A stretch of 64,000 nt of DNA from Bythopirellula sp. (GCA_965216565.1 OZ244170.1:192001-256000); one strand, 5' to 3'; shown: positions 19,825 to 31,265, counted from the stretch's first letter. Numbers and translations are program-made. Notes: a model not told the origin generated them from the letters alone.

Positions 19825-22800
19825 GATGGCTGAGGTGTGGGGTGACGTTGGTTAGCTATCGCAGCAGTAATTTGGTCGTGCAGAAGTCGTTCTTGGTTCT
19901 CATCAAATGTGCAAACGAACTCGGTCTGAGGGCGGAGGAAATAGAGAACGCTCTCCACCGGTGCTACGCCCAGTGCCCGCTTGCAGGCCAGCGCGTAAAC
20001 ATACATCTGCATGTGGTATTTCTCAGCAAGCTTTGGGACACTCTCTGACGAACCTTGGTTCGATTTGTAGTCTAGCACGTGCCAGTGCCCCGCGGCATCT
20101 TGGTAGAGGCAATCGATAAAACCTTGCAGGTAAGCATTACCTGCCTCTGGCCAGGGTAGCAAGAACTCCACTTCCCTCATCACTCTCTGGGCCTGCGCGA
20201 GCTGATCAGCACGATTGCTTTTTAGAAATTGCTTCGACAATACTTCCGCTTCTTCGGCAGCTTGTTGCGCGTTGTCGCCGAAATGCTGAGGGGCCAGAAA
20301 TTGACAGAGGCTGGCAATATTGTTGGGAGCCGAAAAATCAACGCGTTCCAGCACATCGTGAACGAGCGTGCCAAAACTGAGCGGATCGAGCGCGGAGGGC
20401 TGAGCCGATTCCTCTACCGGATCGACCGCCACATTTTCGAGTGAATCCAAGTGTTCCAGGGCACCCGATAGACGTGAGAAAGAGAATCGCGACCGCGCTG
20501 CATGATGAACTGGAATAGGTGCAACCGAAGGAGGGACGGTTCCTTTCCCTTGGGCGATGAGTTTTTCTGCTTCGTCGACTAGCTTGTCCAAATTCTCCCC
20601 ACGAGTGCTAGACGACTTTTTGCGGACTTGGGGCGGCTCCGACGTCGTGACGCGAACGAACGATTCGATTTCATTCTCGGAGGCAACCGAGTGGGGGCGG
20701 CCTGTGGCGAGGTCGTAGCGGCTGGCTAGTAATTGCGTCCAATCGCTCTTGGGCTTGTCTAGGTCTTTGAAGTTGCTGGAGAGAATCAAATAGTCGGCCG
20801 CACGGGTACAGGCCACGTAGAGCAGGCGTTGTCGTTCGGCAAAATCTTGTTCCTTCTCCAAAGCGCGATGCAGATCAAAGCCGACGAGTCTCTTCTTATC
20901 TTTATTCGTCACAAGTGGGCCGAGCTGTGGATCGAACACAGGCTTTGTGTCGGAAGGGCGGGACGTGCGTTCCAGGTCGGGCAGTACCACCAATGGGAAC
21001 TCAAGCCCCTTCGCGTTGTGAATGGTCATGATGCGAATCACGTCGCCCTCGGCCTGAGTTGTAGCTAGCGCCTCCTTAGGTGCACGCACTACGAACTCGG
21101 CGAGTTGGGTGATGAATCCGTTGAGGTCACCCGGTCGGCTGCGATCAACGGTGCGCGCTTGCTCCACCAGTTTGCGGATGTTGGCAAGTTTTCGCTCTCC
21201 TAAGAATTCGCACAACAGCGTGGCGTCGTAGCCGGTTCGCTCGAGAGCGAGACTAATTAGCTCTTCGACCAGCATTCCATCTTTCGAGCGACGCAATTCC
21301 TCAAGTGTCGTGGCGGCTGATTGCACCTTGGCGGCTTCGGCAGGGTTTAGGCTTTTGGTCGAACGGCTCGCCGACAGGCCTCGATTGAGCGAACCATGTT
21401 GTTTGACGAGCCAAAACAACGTTTCGTCGGTGAGTGCGAAGATGGGACTACGCAACGCGCCGCCCAAACTCAATTCATCAGCCTCGGAATCAACCGCGCG
21501 GAGCAAATTCAGCAAGTCGTAGATTTCCTGTTGCGCGTAGAACGCGTGTCCCCCTGCCAGATAGTAGTCCAGCCCTTGTTGTCGGAGGGCGTCTTCGTAG
21601 ATGGCCACGTCGCTTAGCGACCTCAATAAAATCGCGATGTCGCCCAGTTGCAGCGGACGTAACTCCGTCGATCCCTCGGAATCTGTCGGATCGGGAATCA
21701 AGGGTTCCGCAGAATCGATTAATTCCGCAAGCCTACGAGCGATGAATCCCGCTTCGCGTGCACGTTCGCGCTGAACGCCTGAGAGTTGGCCGATGCCGCG
21801 GTCGTCGTCTTGGCCATCGTCGGTAGCCCAGAGGAACTCTACCGCCGGAGTTGGAGTCGTTTGAGGGCGGCTCGCGTTAAGCGATTCATACTCCTCGGCA
21901 AACGCATTGCAGAAGACGTGATTCACAAAATCAAGAATCGCAGGTTGGCTGCGGAAATTGGTCGTCAATGCGAGCCGGCTTTGTTTGTCCAGCGATTGGC
22001 GGAGTTCGCCCGAGACCCGCGGCTCGGCACCACGGAATCGGTAAATGGATTGTTTATGATCGCCCACCACAAACAGTCCTTGCTGCTTCCAATTGTCCCC
22101 GCAGAGAGCCTTAACGATTTCTACTTGCAATGGATCGGTGTCCTGGAACTCATCGACCATCAGCAATCGAATACTGCCGACGAGGTTTTTGCGTAGGGAT
22201 TGAAACTCAGGCTGCGTCAGAAGTCGGCTGGCTGTGCGGAGCAGATCGTCAAATTCCAGTACGTTCTCTGCCTGCTTGATCTCGTGGTGCCGCTGTGCGA
22301 GTTGGCCGACGATTTCCGCTAGCTCCAAACCCACACCGGCGAATTCTTGGCATTGTTCGACATCCAACTGCTGGGTAAGTAGTGAAGCCTCTATCAGTTT
22401 GCGGACCGTCCCACAGACATTCTTGTATTGCTCGTACTCTTCCTCGTCCTCCCACTGCTTCTTCGTACAAACGCCTTGGACTCTGGCAAGTTTGTGGAGT
22501 TGCCGAGCGGCATCATGGGGATCCCCAGCTTCCAATTGATCGAGGGCCTGCATGACTTGCTCGACATGGGCTGGGAAGTTTGGAGCATTGACGTCACCCG
22601 TTTGGCAGAGATGCCGAAACTGCCCGACGCACTCGGCACGAAGAATCTTGCCCGCCATCTGAGGCGTGAACACTTCGCGGTGATATTCCTTCCAGGTATC
22701 GACCAATTGGTCCGTCGTTGCGCCGTTCCAAGTAGCCAAAAACGGCTGCAAGTCTTGCCCCATCAGAATGGCCAGGTGTTCGCGTAGAGTTCGCAGCCGG

Positions 22801-23303
22801 AAACGGGTGGCCAAGGCTAGAATGCGAGAATCACCCTCCTCGAGCAGCTCCCGCAAAAAGTCGTCGAGCGTTTGCAGTCTCAAGAGCTCCGCCGCCGGTG
22901 GGTCCAGCAGATCAAATTGCGGATCGATGCCCGCTTCAACCGCGTGGCTGCGTAGCAGTCGATCGCAGAAGGAGTGGATCGTACTGATGCGTGCCGTGTC
23001 GATGCCACGCAGAATCTGCTGCCACGCGGCACGTTCTTCGGGCTGCTTAGACTCTTCAAGTCTCTCAAAGCAGCGGCGGCGGATGCGATCGCGCATCTCT
23101 CTGGCGGCAGCGTCTGTGAACGTGATGGCGACCAGTTGTTGCAATTCGGCCGTCGGTTGGAGCTCTTGCGGATCGAGATACGACAAGAAACGCTCGGTCA
23201 GGACGAACGTTTTGCCACACCCAGCACCGGCGGCCAGGGAGACCGTGCGGTCGTGAGCCGACAGGGCAGTCTTTTGTTCGTGGGTTAGCTTGGTGGTGGT
23301 CAT
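19821..23303 (-). CDS. addA: ATP-dependent helicase/nuclease subunit A (AddA)
   Basis: AGAGCGKT, AITFTDAAAREMRDRI, VDEFQDTD, VGDHKQSIYRFRGA, MTIHNAKGLEF, LLYVACTRA, C-terminal RecB-type nuclease GFIDCL...VLDYKS. Confidence 0.9.
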   Translation of the reverse strand: MTTTKLTHEQKTALSAHDRTVSLAAGAGCGKTFVLTERFLSYLDPQELQPTAELQQLVAITFTDAAAREMRDRIRRRCFERLEESKQPEERAAWQQILRGIDTARISTIHSFCDRLLRSHAVEAGIDPQFDLLDPPAAELLRLQTLDDFLRELLEEGDSRILALATRFRLRTLREHLAILMGQDLQPFLATWNGATTDQLVDTWKEYHREVFTPQMAGKILRAECVGQFRHLCQTGDVNAPNFPAHVEQVMQALDQLEAGDPHDAARQLHKLARVQGVCTKKQWEDEEEYEQYKNVCGTVRKLIEASLLTQQLDVEQCQEFAGVGLELAEIVGQLAQRHHEIKQAENVLEFDDLLRTASRLLTQPEFQSLRKNLVGSIRLLMVDEFQDTDPLQVEIVKALCGDNWKQQGLFVVGDHKQSIYRFRGAEPRVSGELRQSLDKQSRLALTTNFRSQPAILDFVNHVFCNAFAEEYESLNASRPQTTPTPAVEFLWATDDGQDDDRGIGQLSGVQRERAREAGFIARRLAELIDSAEPLIPDPTDSEGSTELRPLQLGDIAILLRSLSDVAIYEDALRQQGLDYYLAGGHAFYAQQEIYDLLNLLRAVDSEADELSLGGALRSPIFALTDETLFWLVKQHGSLNRGLSASRSTKSLNPAEAAKVQSAATTLEELRRSKDGMLVEELISLALERTGYDATLLCEFLGERKLANIRKLVEQARTVDRSRPGDLNGFITQLAEFVVRAPKEALATTQAEGDVIRIMTIHNAKGLEFPLVVLPDLERTSRPSDTKPVFDPQLGPLVTNKDKKRLVGFDLHRALEKEQDFAERQRLLYVACTRAADYLILSSNFKDLDKPKSDWTQLLASRYDLATGRPHSVASENEIESFVRVTTSEPPQVRKKSSSTRGENLDKLVDEAEKLIAQGKGTVPPSVAPIPVHHAARSRFSFSRLSGALEHLDSLENVAVDPVEESAQPSALDPLSFGTLVHDVLERVDFSAPNNIASLCQFLAPQHFGDNAQQAAEEAEVLSKQFLKSNRADQLAQAQRVMREVEFLLPWPEAGNAYLQGFIDCLYQDAAGHWHVLDYKSNQGSSESVPKLAEKYHMQMYVYALACKRALGVAPVESVLYFLRPQTEFVCTFDENQERLLHDQITAAIANQRHPTPQPS

Positions 23304-26300
23304 GATGAAGGGGCCTCATCGCGAGGCCATTGCTTTTCGAGCGAGCGAATCTGCCCGATACGGCAAATCGTTCGGTACTCGCACCAACTAGTGCATTTAT
23401 CCTCTGGGTTGTAGACCGGAAATTTGCCCTGCTGCACGTTGCCGACTAAACGACCCAGGGTCTCGACTAGCTGCTCGCGATACGTCTCCGCGGTGGGCTG
23501 CGGCTTGAGCACCGATCCTTCTGCCGTTTGCAGTTGGAATGCGCCTGCTTCGAATCCCTTGCCTTGAAGGCTCCAGTACCCAGCAGCCAATGCCTCTGCC
23601 TGTTGATCGGCAAGTAAGAGTTCTTCGGCAGCCAGTGCGTAAAGGGGAAGCTGAAGCTGACGACCGGACAGGAAATCCTCGGTCTTGAATTTCACTTCTT
23701 TGCCGGACTTATAATCAATCACATTCAACACGACGACATTGCCGACGCGGCCCAGATCGATGCGATCGATTTGACCCGTGATACGGATTTGCTGATGTCC
23801 CAGGTCTAGTTCGAAGGGCAGGGGAGTGGAAATGACGGTGTCGTCGATTTGCTCACTAGCGGCCACCTCCGGACCAAATCGTACTTCGAAGTACGCCGGG
23901 CGCGGCGGTTCGTCCAAATCGCTCCACCGTTCGCGATAGTTGTGTTCCTGCTCCGCATAGTTTTCAGCCCACTCGCTCACTTCCCTCCGTTCAATTTCTC
24001 GGAGCGATTGTTGAATGCCACCTAAAGGTCTCTGTTGAATCTCCTCATCCAGAGCTTCACGGAATTTTTCTACGAGCTGTTCCCGCCATTGTGCTTCGTC
24101 TTCGCAATCTAAGGGCTGCTGGGCGAGTTGCTGGTGCACCGCAGCCAGTACTTGATGAAGCAGGCTGCCTCGTCGTCCCATGTTGTTTTCAACCGCGATC
24201 TCTTGTTGCTGGCGGAGCGATAGAATTTGTGCTGCGAAGAACCGAAATGGGCAGCGTGCGTATTCTTCTAGCTGGCTGGGGCTCCACAGATGGTTTGCGC
24301 CGAAGCCTTCGAGCAAAGCGCTTACGGTATGCTCGCCTGAGCAGATCCCTTCGTACGGGCCGAATTGGTCGCGTTTTCCACGGGACGCAATGGACTCGAT
24401 TCCTGCCAGAATATTCCTTCCGGTCGAGTTTGCCCCTGTTGCCAAGCCGGCAAGTAGTTTGGGGCGCTTGTCGAGGGCTTGCCGGATGGCGCGCGTGCGC
24501 AGGGCTGTCAGGCTGTAAGGAACCTCATCGACAGAATCACTTTCGCCGGGCTGCTGGATCTGGGTTTGAATCTCATGATGTGGAAAACAGCGGCGGAGTT
24601 CCGTCAGCATGGGGCTCGGGGGAAGCTGTTGCCCTTTCTCGTCCAACGCAGCATAGGAAATAGTGAGGCTGCGTGTGGCCCGAGTTACCAGCGTGTAAAA
24701 CAAGTACAGCATGTCAGCCTGTTCATCGGCCAATTGGCTGGTGGATCGCTGGGCTGTGGAATCGAGCTGGTTGGTGATTGGACTCGCGGAAAAGGCCTGT
24801 TCGGTGACCCCCACCAGGTAAACATCGGGGGCCGTGATCTGACGGGCGGTCTCGGCTGAAAGTACGCGCACTCGGCCGACGGAGTCCACTGCACTTGGTT
24901 GCGGCGTTTCCGCGGTTGCCAGTCTCAAATTCTTCAGGAACTGGGCTAAGTCAATCGAGCTGTGCTCCTCCAAAGCCCAGGCCTCTACCTGTTGTAGCGA
25001 GATTAGCCCGCGCCGGAGCGTATGCCATGAACTCTCGGATCGGGAATCAGCCAGAATGCCTAGCCCCATCAGCAGCGATTGGATGGCTTCGATCCATTTT
25101 TCCAGCGGGGCGGAGTCTGGCAAAGTACCGACTTGCATGGCCAGGTCTTCTAGCAGTCCATGGGCAACGGCGGCCTGTTTGGCTGAATCTGACTTCTCGG
25201 GAGTTGTCGCCACGGCCCACCGCTGAAGTTGTTCGAGCAGATGTTCTTTGCCTAATGGGAGTTGGGCCGCTCGGATTGCCTGTTCCAAGCAAACTCTGGG
25301 TTGCATGTCCCGAGGAGCGTCGAATTGACGCACGCTCCGATTGCCAACGATTGCCAATATTTTGCGGAACGGCCAATCGTCACGCTCAAGCTCCAGCAGA
25401 GCCTGGATCGTCTGGGCTAAAGCGGTCTCGGAGAGTGCTGGTCGCCTTTCAATCCAGTAGGGAATCCCGTGGTCGGTCAATACTTGGCAGATTCTCCGTG
25501 CGTCCGCCTGCAAGCTCTTCGATACGAGAACGATGTTCTCCGGATGGGCGGTGCCCTCGAAAAGTTGCCTCTTGATCCTAGCCGCCACGAGTTCCAGTTC
25601 CTGCTGCACGCTGCCGGCGGCGATAATTTCGATGGCCTCAGGCTCGGGGACTTCGCTGCCACGAGCCGATTCGGGGTCGCAGAAGAGGGTTTGCTCGGCA
25701 TGGCGAAGCGAGTCTGGCAAGGGCGGCTGGTTGGCTGAGGTCTCTCGGGGCGACAGTGGTTCGATGTGGAGGTGCGGCAAAACCTCGCGCAATCTGCCCA
25801 GCGTCTGCTGGACGCGGCGAAAGAGCATGCCCCGGTCGTCGAGGTGCTGGGCGTCGATGCCCCGGGCGTCGAGCTGATTTTTTTCGAGGTCTCCGGAGAG
25901 GGAAACGTGGAATCGTCTGGCGCTATCTGCTAACAGTTGCAGGATGTCGTATTGGGCGGCGGTAAAATCGCTAAACCCACTCACCACGACGTGGTCAAAA
26001 CGAGCTGTGCCACTGGCAATCAATTCGGTCAGGATTTCGCGGGCTACCCAGAACCGGCCCTCGGCATCGTAGAGTTTGCCGTGGGCCAGTAGTCGCTGAT
26101 ACTCACCGTAAAGCAGTCCCAACTCGCGATCGCGTTTGGTTTTTGCAGACTGTTTAAAGTCCTCGGCCCACACGTCCGTCCGTTTTTTGTCTGCAATCCA
26201 ACGATCCAGTTGCGCCAAGAATCCAGGGGTATGGGCAATTGGAGCAAAATAGGATATCTGTTCGTCCGCTTCGGCCTGCAGCAACACTCGGTTGAGAAGG

Positions 26301-26611
26301 AAACGCTTTTGCAGGATAGAGATTGGCCGTATGTGACGACTGCCCAATTTAACCAGGGAGTCGGCAAAACTGGAGAAGGTCTGCACTCCCGGATCGAGCA
26401 GAGCTCCCTGGGTGCATTTTCTAAGATGCTGGGCGATTAGTGCTTCTCTGAGTGGGTCGACACTCGCGGCATTCGGAACCAGCCACAGCCGCTGACCTGG
26501 AGACCCAGTTTCATGGGTCGACTCCAAGTTGCTCAAGAACTGGCTGACCAGAAGAGTTTTCTTGCCCGCCTGGGCTGGACCAACAAGCACGATGGGGCGG
26601 TGATTGGCCAT
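23300..26611 (-). CDS. addB: ATP-dependent nuclease subunit B (AddB)
   Basis: Degenerate helicase N-terminus; WSPSQLEEYARCPFRFF, GQIDRIDL, VIDYKSG, QLPLY, C..CEYRTIC (four Fe-S Cys); ATGA overlap with addA. Confidence 0.88.
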   Translation of the reverse strand: MANHRPIVLVGPAQAGKKTLLVSQFLSNLESTHETGSPGQRLWLVPNAASVDPLREALIAQHLRKCTQGALLDPGVQTFSSFADSLVKLGSRHIRPISILQKRFLLNRVLLQAEADEQISYFAPIAHTPGFLAQLDRWIADKKRTDVWAEDFKQSAKTKRDRELGLLYGEYQRLLAHGKLYDAEGRFWVAREILTELIASGTARFDHVVVSGFSDFTAAQYDILQLLADSARRFHVSLSGDLEKNQLDARGIDAQHLDDRGMLFRRVQQTLGRLREVLPHLHIEPLSPRETSANQPPLPDSLRHAEQTLFCDPESARGSEVPEPEAIEIIAAGSVQQELELVAARIKRQLFEGTAHPENIVLVSKSLQADARRICQVLTDHGIPYWIERRPALSETALAQTIQALLELERDDWPFRKILAIVGNRSVRQFDAPRDMQPRVCLEQAIRAAQLPLGKEHLLEQLQRWAVATTPEKSDSAKQAAVAHGLLEDLAMQVGTLPDSAPLEKWIEAIQSLLMGLGILADSRSESSWHTLRRGLISLQQVEAWALEEHSSIDLAQFLKNLRLATAETPQPSAVDSVGRVRVLSAETARQITAPDVYLVGVTEQAFSASPITNQLDSTAQRSTSQLADEQADMLYLFYTLVTRATRSLTISYAALDEKGQQLPPSPMLTELRRCFPHHEIQTQIQQPGESDSVDEVPYSLTALRTRAIRQALDKRPKLLAGLATGANSTGRNILAGIESIASRGKRDQFGPYEGICSGEHTVSALLEGFGANHLWSPSQLEEYARCPFRFFAAQILSLRQQQEIAVENNMGRRGSLLHQVLAAVHQQLAQQPLDCEDEAQWREQLVEKFREALDEEIQQRPLGGIQQSLREIERREVSEWAENYAEQEHNYRERWSDLDEPPRPAYFEVRFGPEVAASEQIDDTVISTPLPFELDLGHQQIRITGQIDRIDLGRVGNVVVLNVIDYKSGKEVKFKTEDFLSGRQLQLPLYALAAEELLLADQQAEALAAGYWSLQGKGFEAGAFQLQTAEGSVLKPQPTAETYREQLVETLGRLVGNVQQGKFPVYNPEDKCTSWCEYRTICRIGQIRSLEKQWPRDEAPSS

Positions 26612-27161
26612 GCTTGAGTCGTTATGCCTGTGGATGGGTGTATTTCTGGGACTGGGTACTTGGTTGCGAAGGCTGTGTGACTGTGCGGTTTGTTGGAGTC
26701 CGGAGGCAGGTTTGCCTCCGGCTAGGAAATGTTAAGTGTCGTTCCCTGTCGCGACGCTGTCCCTAGGGAACTGCGTCGCTGGGGGAGGATTAGGAGATTG
26801 GCACTAGCCTTGCGCAATTTGGCGGTGGATCTGCGCACCGGAGCCCGTTTTGAGCGGGTTCGATTGACATCGTAACACGTGCTGGCATAGAATATTAGGG
26901 CTACAGGCCCCGGTTGAAGAAACGTAGGAGATTCATGCATCTGGCCGAGGATTGTGGCCCCCTAAGTTTCAGTTCTTGCTATGATAGATGGTGCTGAGGA
27001 TTTCGATTTGCTTGCTGCCAATCGTCCTTCAGCAACGCTTTCCCCTCGAAATTTCTTCTGCGGGGCATAGTTAGTTCTAGTTGTGTTTTTTCTTGCGGCT
27101 ATTTGCCGCTGCATTATTTTCTTTTCATTTCCATTTCTTTCCCACAGAAGGAGGTAACCAA

Positions 27162-28412
27162 ATGGAAGCCAAAAAGACCGGACGAGGTTTTACACTCGTC
27201 GAATTGCTGGTGGTGATTGCCATCATCGGCGTGTTGGTAGCCCTGTTGCTACCCGCCGTGCAGGCCGCCCGCGAGGCTGCCCGCCGTAACTCGTGCTTGA
27301 ACAACATCAAGCAAGTTGGCTTGGGCTTGCAGAATCTGGCCTCACTGCCAAATGCAAAGTTCCCAGCGGCATCAACCGTCCCGGTTGATCCAACTGTGAG
27401 CTTTCCGAGGCCGGGAGACGAATCAGATCTCACGCCAACGGCACCGGGATCTAATACGCTCACAGACCCAACGGGCGATGGATACAGCTGGCTTTTCCAG
27501 CTATTGCCCTACATGGAAAACCAAGTACTTTACGACCGCGTGAAGCAGTCAACTATGAACCCAGCCAACGTGGGCAGTCGAAACCTCAGACGGTTCGCCG
27601 TGAACATCGTGGTCGACAATACTACTGGAGCTACCAATCCTAATGCCCATCAACAGCAAGTCGCGGCATTCATCTGTCCTAGCTACCCAGGTTCCGAAGA
27701 GACCAAAATCAATTTTGGATCTGGCTCTGGGGCTTCGAAGGCGGCGGTTGGTAACTATGTAGCTGTGCCGTCAACGCACTATAACCAAGAAGGCACAGCT
27801 TCCGGAGGTGCCAAGAGTGCGAAGGATCAAGGATCCGGTTCTAGTGACGACTGGCTGTTTGAAAGCAGATCGGGCAGTGTTGCCGGTAATGGTGGCATTC
27901 CCTTCTTGAGACCTGCCACGAGTAACACTACCACCAGCCAGCGAAGAGGTGTATCCTTCGCCAGCTTTGGTAGTGGTGACGGTACTTCCAACACAATCAT
28001 GTTCGGTGAATCCCGAGAGGATCGTCATGCAGCCTGGATCAGCGGTGTTTCCGCTTTTTCCGTTGCTGTGTGGCCTGATTCGCCACCTGGATCCGTATCA
28101 TTCACTAACCCGACTGGCAATCAGCCACCGGAGTTACAGATTGATCAATCGGGTCTCGGTCGACTTTCGCTTAATGTAGGTAAGCGTGATAACCAAGGCA
28201 TGGACCAGTTCTACTTGTCGAGTCATCCTATGTACACGGGTGGTCGACAATGGGGACTTAGTAGTGGTCATCCTGGTATTGTCCAATTTGGCTTTGCCGA
28301 TGGTCACGGAACCTCAGTACCGGACGAAGTCGATCCCACCGTGTTTATGAACACCATCACGGTCAAGGGTCGTGAGGTAAGAAACTTGGGATCTGGTGGT
28401 GGTTTTAACTAA
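27162..28412 (+). CDS. DUF1559 prepilin-type N-terminal cleavage/methylation protein with H-X9-DG motif
   Basis: [81 protein letters not shown] before ATG 27162. Confidence 0.93.
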   Translation: MEAKKTGRGFTLVELLVVIAIIGVLVALLLPAVQAAREAARRNSCLNNIKQVGLGLQNLASLPNAKFPAASTVPVDPTVSFPRPGDESDLTPTAPGSNTLTDPTGDGYSWLFQLLPYMENQVLYDRVKQSTMNPANVGSRNLRRFAVNIVVDNTTGATNPNAHQQQVAAFICPSYPGSEETKINFGSGSGASKAAVGNYVAVPSTHYNQEGTASGGAKSAKDQGSGSSDDWLFESRSGSVAGNGGIPFLRPATSNTTTSQRRGVSFASFGSGDGTSNTIMFGESREDRHAAWISGVSAFSVAVWPDSPPGSVSFTNPTGNQPPELQIDQSGLGRLSLNVGKRDNQGMDQFYLSSHPMYTGGRQWGLSSGHPGIVQFGFADGHGTSVPDEVDPTVFMNTITVKGREVRNLGSGGGFN

Positions 28413-28446
28413 GCAGTACCGACGGTTCCACTAATCGAGTTTTTCT

Positions 28447-28485
28447 GCCGCTACTGGGCAGTTGCCCAGTAGCGGCTTTTTCTTT
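28447..28485 (+). terminator. Rho-independent terminator
   Basis: GCCGCTACTGGGC-AGTT-GCCCAGTAGCGGC hairpin followed by TTTTTCTTT, 35 nt after the DUF1559 stop. Confidence 0.85.
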
Positions 28486-28518
28486 AGATGCGTCGGAAGC
28501 GCGAGAAAAAATTGGACG

Positions 28519-28863
28519 ATGAATAACGATTCCCGTGAGATCAGTCCCGCCGATCTAAGCAATTTGCTTCGTAGCGATAACAACGAACAGAAGCCCTTGC
28601 TCGTCGACTGCCGCGAGCAAGAAGAGCGGGAACTGGCCAACATCGATAAGTCGGTGCATTTACCCATGAGCAACTTGCCCGAGGGAATGGAAGTACTAGC
28701 CGGCCAGGAACAGGCCCCCATCGTCGTCTATTGCCATCATGGCATTCGAAGCCAAAACGTAGCCGCATGGCTTACCCAGCAGGGTTTTGGCAACGTACGC
28801 TCTCTGACGGGTGGGATCGATGCCTGGGCGGTTGAGATTGAACCTGGGATGGTGAGATATTGA
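28519..28863 (+). CDS. Rhodanese-like sulfurtransferase
   Basis: LLVDCRE, active-site VYCHHGIRS, SLTGGIDAWAVEIEP. Confidence 0.9.
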   Translation: MNNDSREISPADLSNLLRSDNNEQKPLLVDCREQEERELANIDKSVHLPMSNLPEGMEVLAGQEQAPIVVYCHHGIRSQNVAAWLTQQGFGNVRSLTGGIDAWAVEIEPGMVRY

Positions 28864-29027
28864 TTGAGATTTGAAGTTTGATTGTTGAAGCTTGAAGTCT
28901 TGATGGTGCTATGGCTAGAACGATGGACTATTCTTCACGTCGGTGGCTCCTCGCCCCGCTTCAAGTTCCCTTGCAACTCACCCCTTTTTTTGACAAGCTA
29001 ATTGCTGATCGCTGACAGCTAACAGCT
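28864..29027 (+). repeat. Two degenerate heptamer tandem tracts
   Basis: TTGAGAT TTGAAGT TTGATTG TTGAAGC TTGAAGT (28864-28898) and GCTAATT GCTGATC GCTGACA GCTAACA GCT (28997-29027). Confidence 0.6.
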
Positions 29028-29033
29028 TCAAAA

Positions 29034-29117
29034 GCCCGAGTGGCGGAATTGGCAGACGCGCATGGTTCAGGTCCATGTCCACGCAAGTGGGTGGAGGTTC
29101 AAATCCTCTCTCGGGTA
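29034..29117 (+). tRNA. tRNA-Leu (anticodon CAG), CCA not encoded
   Basis: Acceptor stem GCCCGAG/CTCGGGT, D-arm TGGCGGAATTGGCAGACGC, anticodon arm CATGG-TTCAGGT-CCATG, long variable arm, T-loop GGTTCAAATCC, discriminator A. Confidence 0.97.
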
Positions 29118-29567
29118 CTTCTGTAGATGGTTACGGCGGGTGCATTGAGCACTCATCTAGAATGACGTCCGTGACGCGGCAGCAATGAATGGTTTTCTCA
29201 GCCACGCAACAAATCGGTTGCTACAGATGCAGATAGATAGGGTGTGAATTCCGAGTATCTGTCATCTACCTCTGAAATTCGTTCAGGTATTCGACTGCAT
29301 GACGCGATTTTCAGCGGCTTGATCAAGTTCTAAGTTGAACAATGGTCTTGATTTCCAGCGATCGCTGGGCATGAATCTTGGTCTTTTTCCACGCTAGCAA
29401 AAGAATCGATTTATTCGGATTTTATTGATTGACCGTTCTGTTTGCCGTGGTACATTGCGGTCAACCGAAAGCCGAGGAAGCGGTCTTCCAAGGATTTCGG
29501 GGTCTATTCTGATCAATTAACTATTCCTGAAAATGTCAAATTTTCCTTCGATGGGGAGTCGCTAGTG

Positions 29568-30203
29568 ATGTCTAACACTCTGAAATTAACCCTCGCCGCA
29601 GTAGCGGTGTTCTCTCTTGTAGCAGCTTCGTCTGCTTCCGCAGGTGTCCTTGATGGACATCCTCTCGCCTACAATAACGGCACATCCTGGACGGGCACCA
29701 GCGCCTATAACAACGGCCTAGCAGCTCCGCAGGATCTAGTTGGCACCATTGACTTCGCAGTCTTCACTGCCGCCGACTTTGCGACAGCATTCCCTGCTTC
29801 GTCCTACGTTCCTACCAATGGCTTGGTCTATACCTACCAAGTTTTGAACTCGGGTACGTTTGCAGTCTCGGCAGAGATCGTCGGTGTTAACAATCCGGCT
29901 TCCGGAATTGGCCAATTCGAAAATACTGTCGGTGAGGTAGCTTCCTCCCTCTTCGGTTTCGACTCTGGCGGAAATGCAGTTTTCAACTTTACAAATCCGT
30001 TCATTGGAACAGGGCAGGATAGTTATGTTCTGGCCTTCTCCTCACCGCAGGAGCCCATCCTGGGTTCCTCGATTACGGTCGATGGCGGAACGTTTGGTGT
30101 TTCGCTGGTTCCAACACCGGGCCCAACTGGAATTCCAGAACCTAGCTCTGTCGTTCTGGTAGTGGCCGGATTGGTTGGCGTTTGCACTCGACGCAGACGC
30201 TAA
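29568..30203 (+). CDS. PEP-CTERM surface protein
   Basis: Signal peptide ...SSASA, C-terminal IPEPSSVVLVVAGLVGVCTRRRR; start at ATG 29568. Confidence 0.88.
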   Translation: MSNTLKLTLAAVAVFSLVAASSASAGVLDGHPLAYNNGTSWTGTSAYNNGLAAPQDLVGTIDFAVFTAADFATAFPASSYVPTNGLVYTYQVLNSGTFAVSAEIVGVNNPASGIGQFENTVGEVASSLFGFDSGGNAVFNFTNPFIGTGQDSYVLAFSSPQEPILGSSITVDGGTFGVSLVPTPGPTGIPEPSSVVLVVAGLVGVCTRRRR

Positions 30204-30454
30204 AGCCTTAGTGGTGGGTGGCAGGATCTTGTTTGGTTCTGCCTACCTAACCCAGGCGAGATTCTTTGCTACTGATAACAAGAGTAATTCGAGGGATGTA
30301 ATACTTTTTAGTTTGAGTTGGTAATCTAAGAACTGCCGAGAGTGGCAAGCCGCTACTTGTAGTAGTTCTCCTAACCGAACTTTTCAATATTCAATTTCAA
30401 CAGGCTTGATTGCGGCACAAGATCGTGCCCCAACCTAGTCTTGAGGATGAAGCG

Positions 30455-31165
30455 ATGCGAACGAATATCATTTGTGTAGCTATTCTTTCTTGCTTGGCCC
30501 TGGTCGCCTTTGTTCCAGCAGCTCAGGCGACTACGCTGGCGACTACAGGTCATGCCCTGAACGATGGGAATGGCCCAAGCGGGGGTATCTGGCAGGGATC
30601 ACAGAACTACGCAGGTGCCGGTTTCTTCGGTGGTACCTTGCAGGGTACAGTCGAGTTTGCCGTATTCGCGCCCAATAACTTTCAGAACTTTCTCAACGAA
30701 AATGGGATCACTTTTGCTGATCCAGCGACGGCTGAATACATCTATGCCTATCAGATCACAAGCGTTGGTGGTACAAACGATGTAACCAACTTCACTGTTG
30801 GTCTACAAGGCGACGAGGCAGTAGGGGCCTCGGGTGTGACTTTCGTCCCAACAGGTAATTACGGCGCTTACACACCTGCCCCAGTTCAGAATCCGAATCT
30901 AGGTGCCACCGGTGGCGGCCCTGGTCTCAGCACTTCATCGGCATGGGGGCATCTGCCTGGTCTACCAGCAGGGCAAGCGAGTGCTATTCTGTTCTACTCC
31001 TCTCCAGAGGTACCAGAGCTAGGATTCTCCACGATGGCTGCCGGTACTGCCTCACAGCAGATCGCTCTGTCGCTTCCGAATCCTCAGGCTATTCCAGAAC
31101 CAGCCACAATTGCTTTGGCCGTGTTCTCTGCAAGTTGCTTGTTCATTCGCCGCAGATGTGTGTGA
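30455..31165 (+). CDS. PEP-CTERM surface protein (paralog-like to the previous gene)
   Basis: Signal peptide ...PAAQA, C-terminal IPEPATIALAVFSASCLFIRRRCV; shares W-x-G, GT(I/V)(D/E)FAVF and Y-x-YQ motifs with 29568..30203. Confidence 0.88.
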   Translation: MRTNIICVAILSCLALVAFVPAAQATTLATTGHALNDGNGPSGGIWQGSQNYAGAGFFGGTLQGTVEFAVFAPNNFQNFLNENGITFADPATAEYIYAYQITSVGGTNDVTNFTVGLQGDEAVGASGVTFVPTGNYGAYTPAPVQNPNLGATGGGPGLSTSSAWGHLPGLPAGQASAILFYSSPEVPELGFSTMAAGTASQQIALSLPNPQAIPEPATIALAVFSASCLFIRRRCV

Positions 31166-31265
31166 GTTACAACAATCGCTGGAGGGCAGTCCGCTGAGCT
31201 CAACAACTTCAATTTGAAGACATAATAATAGCTAGCGATCTACGCTGGTGCACAACCAAGCTAAT

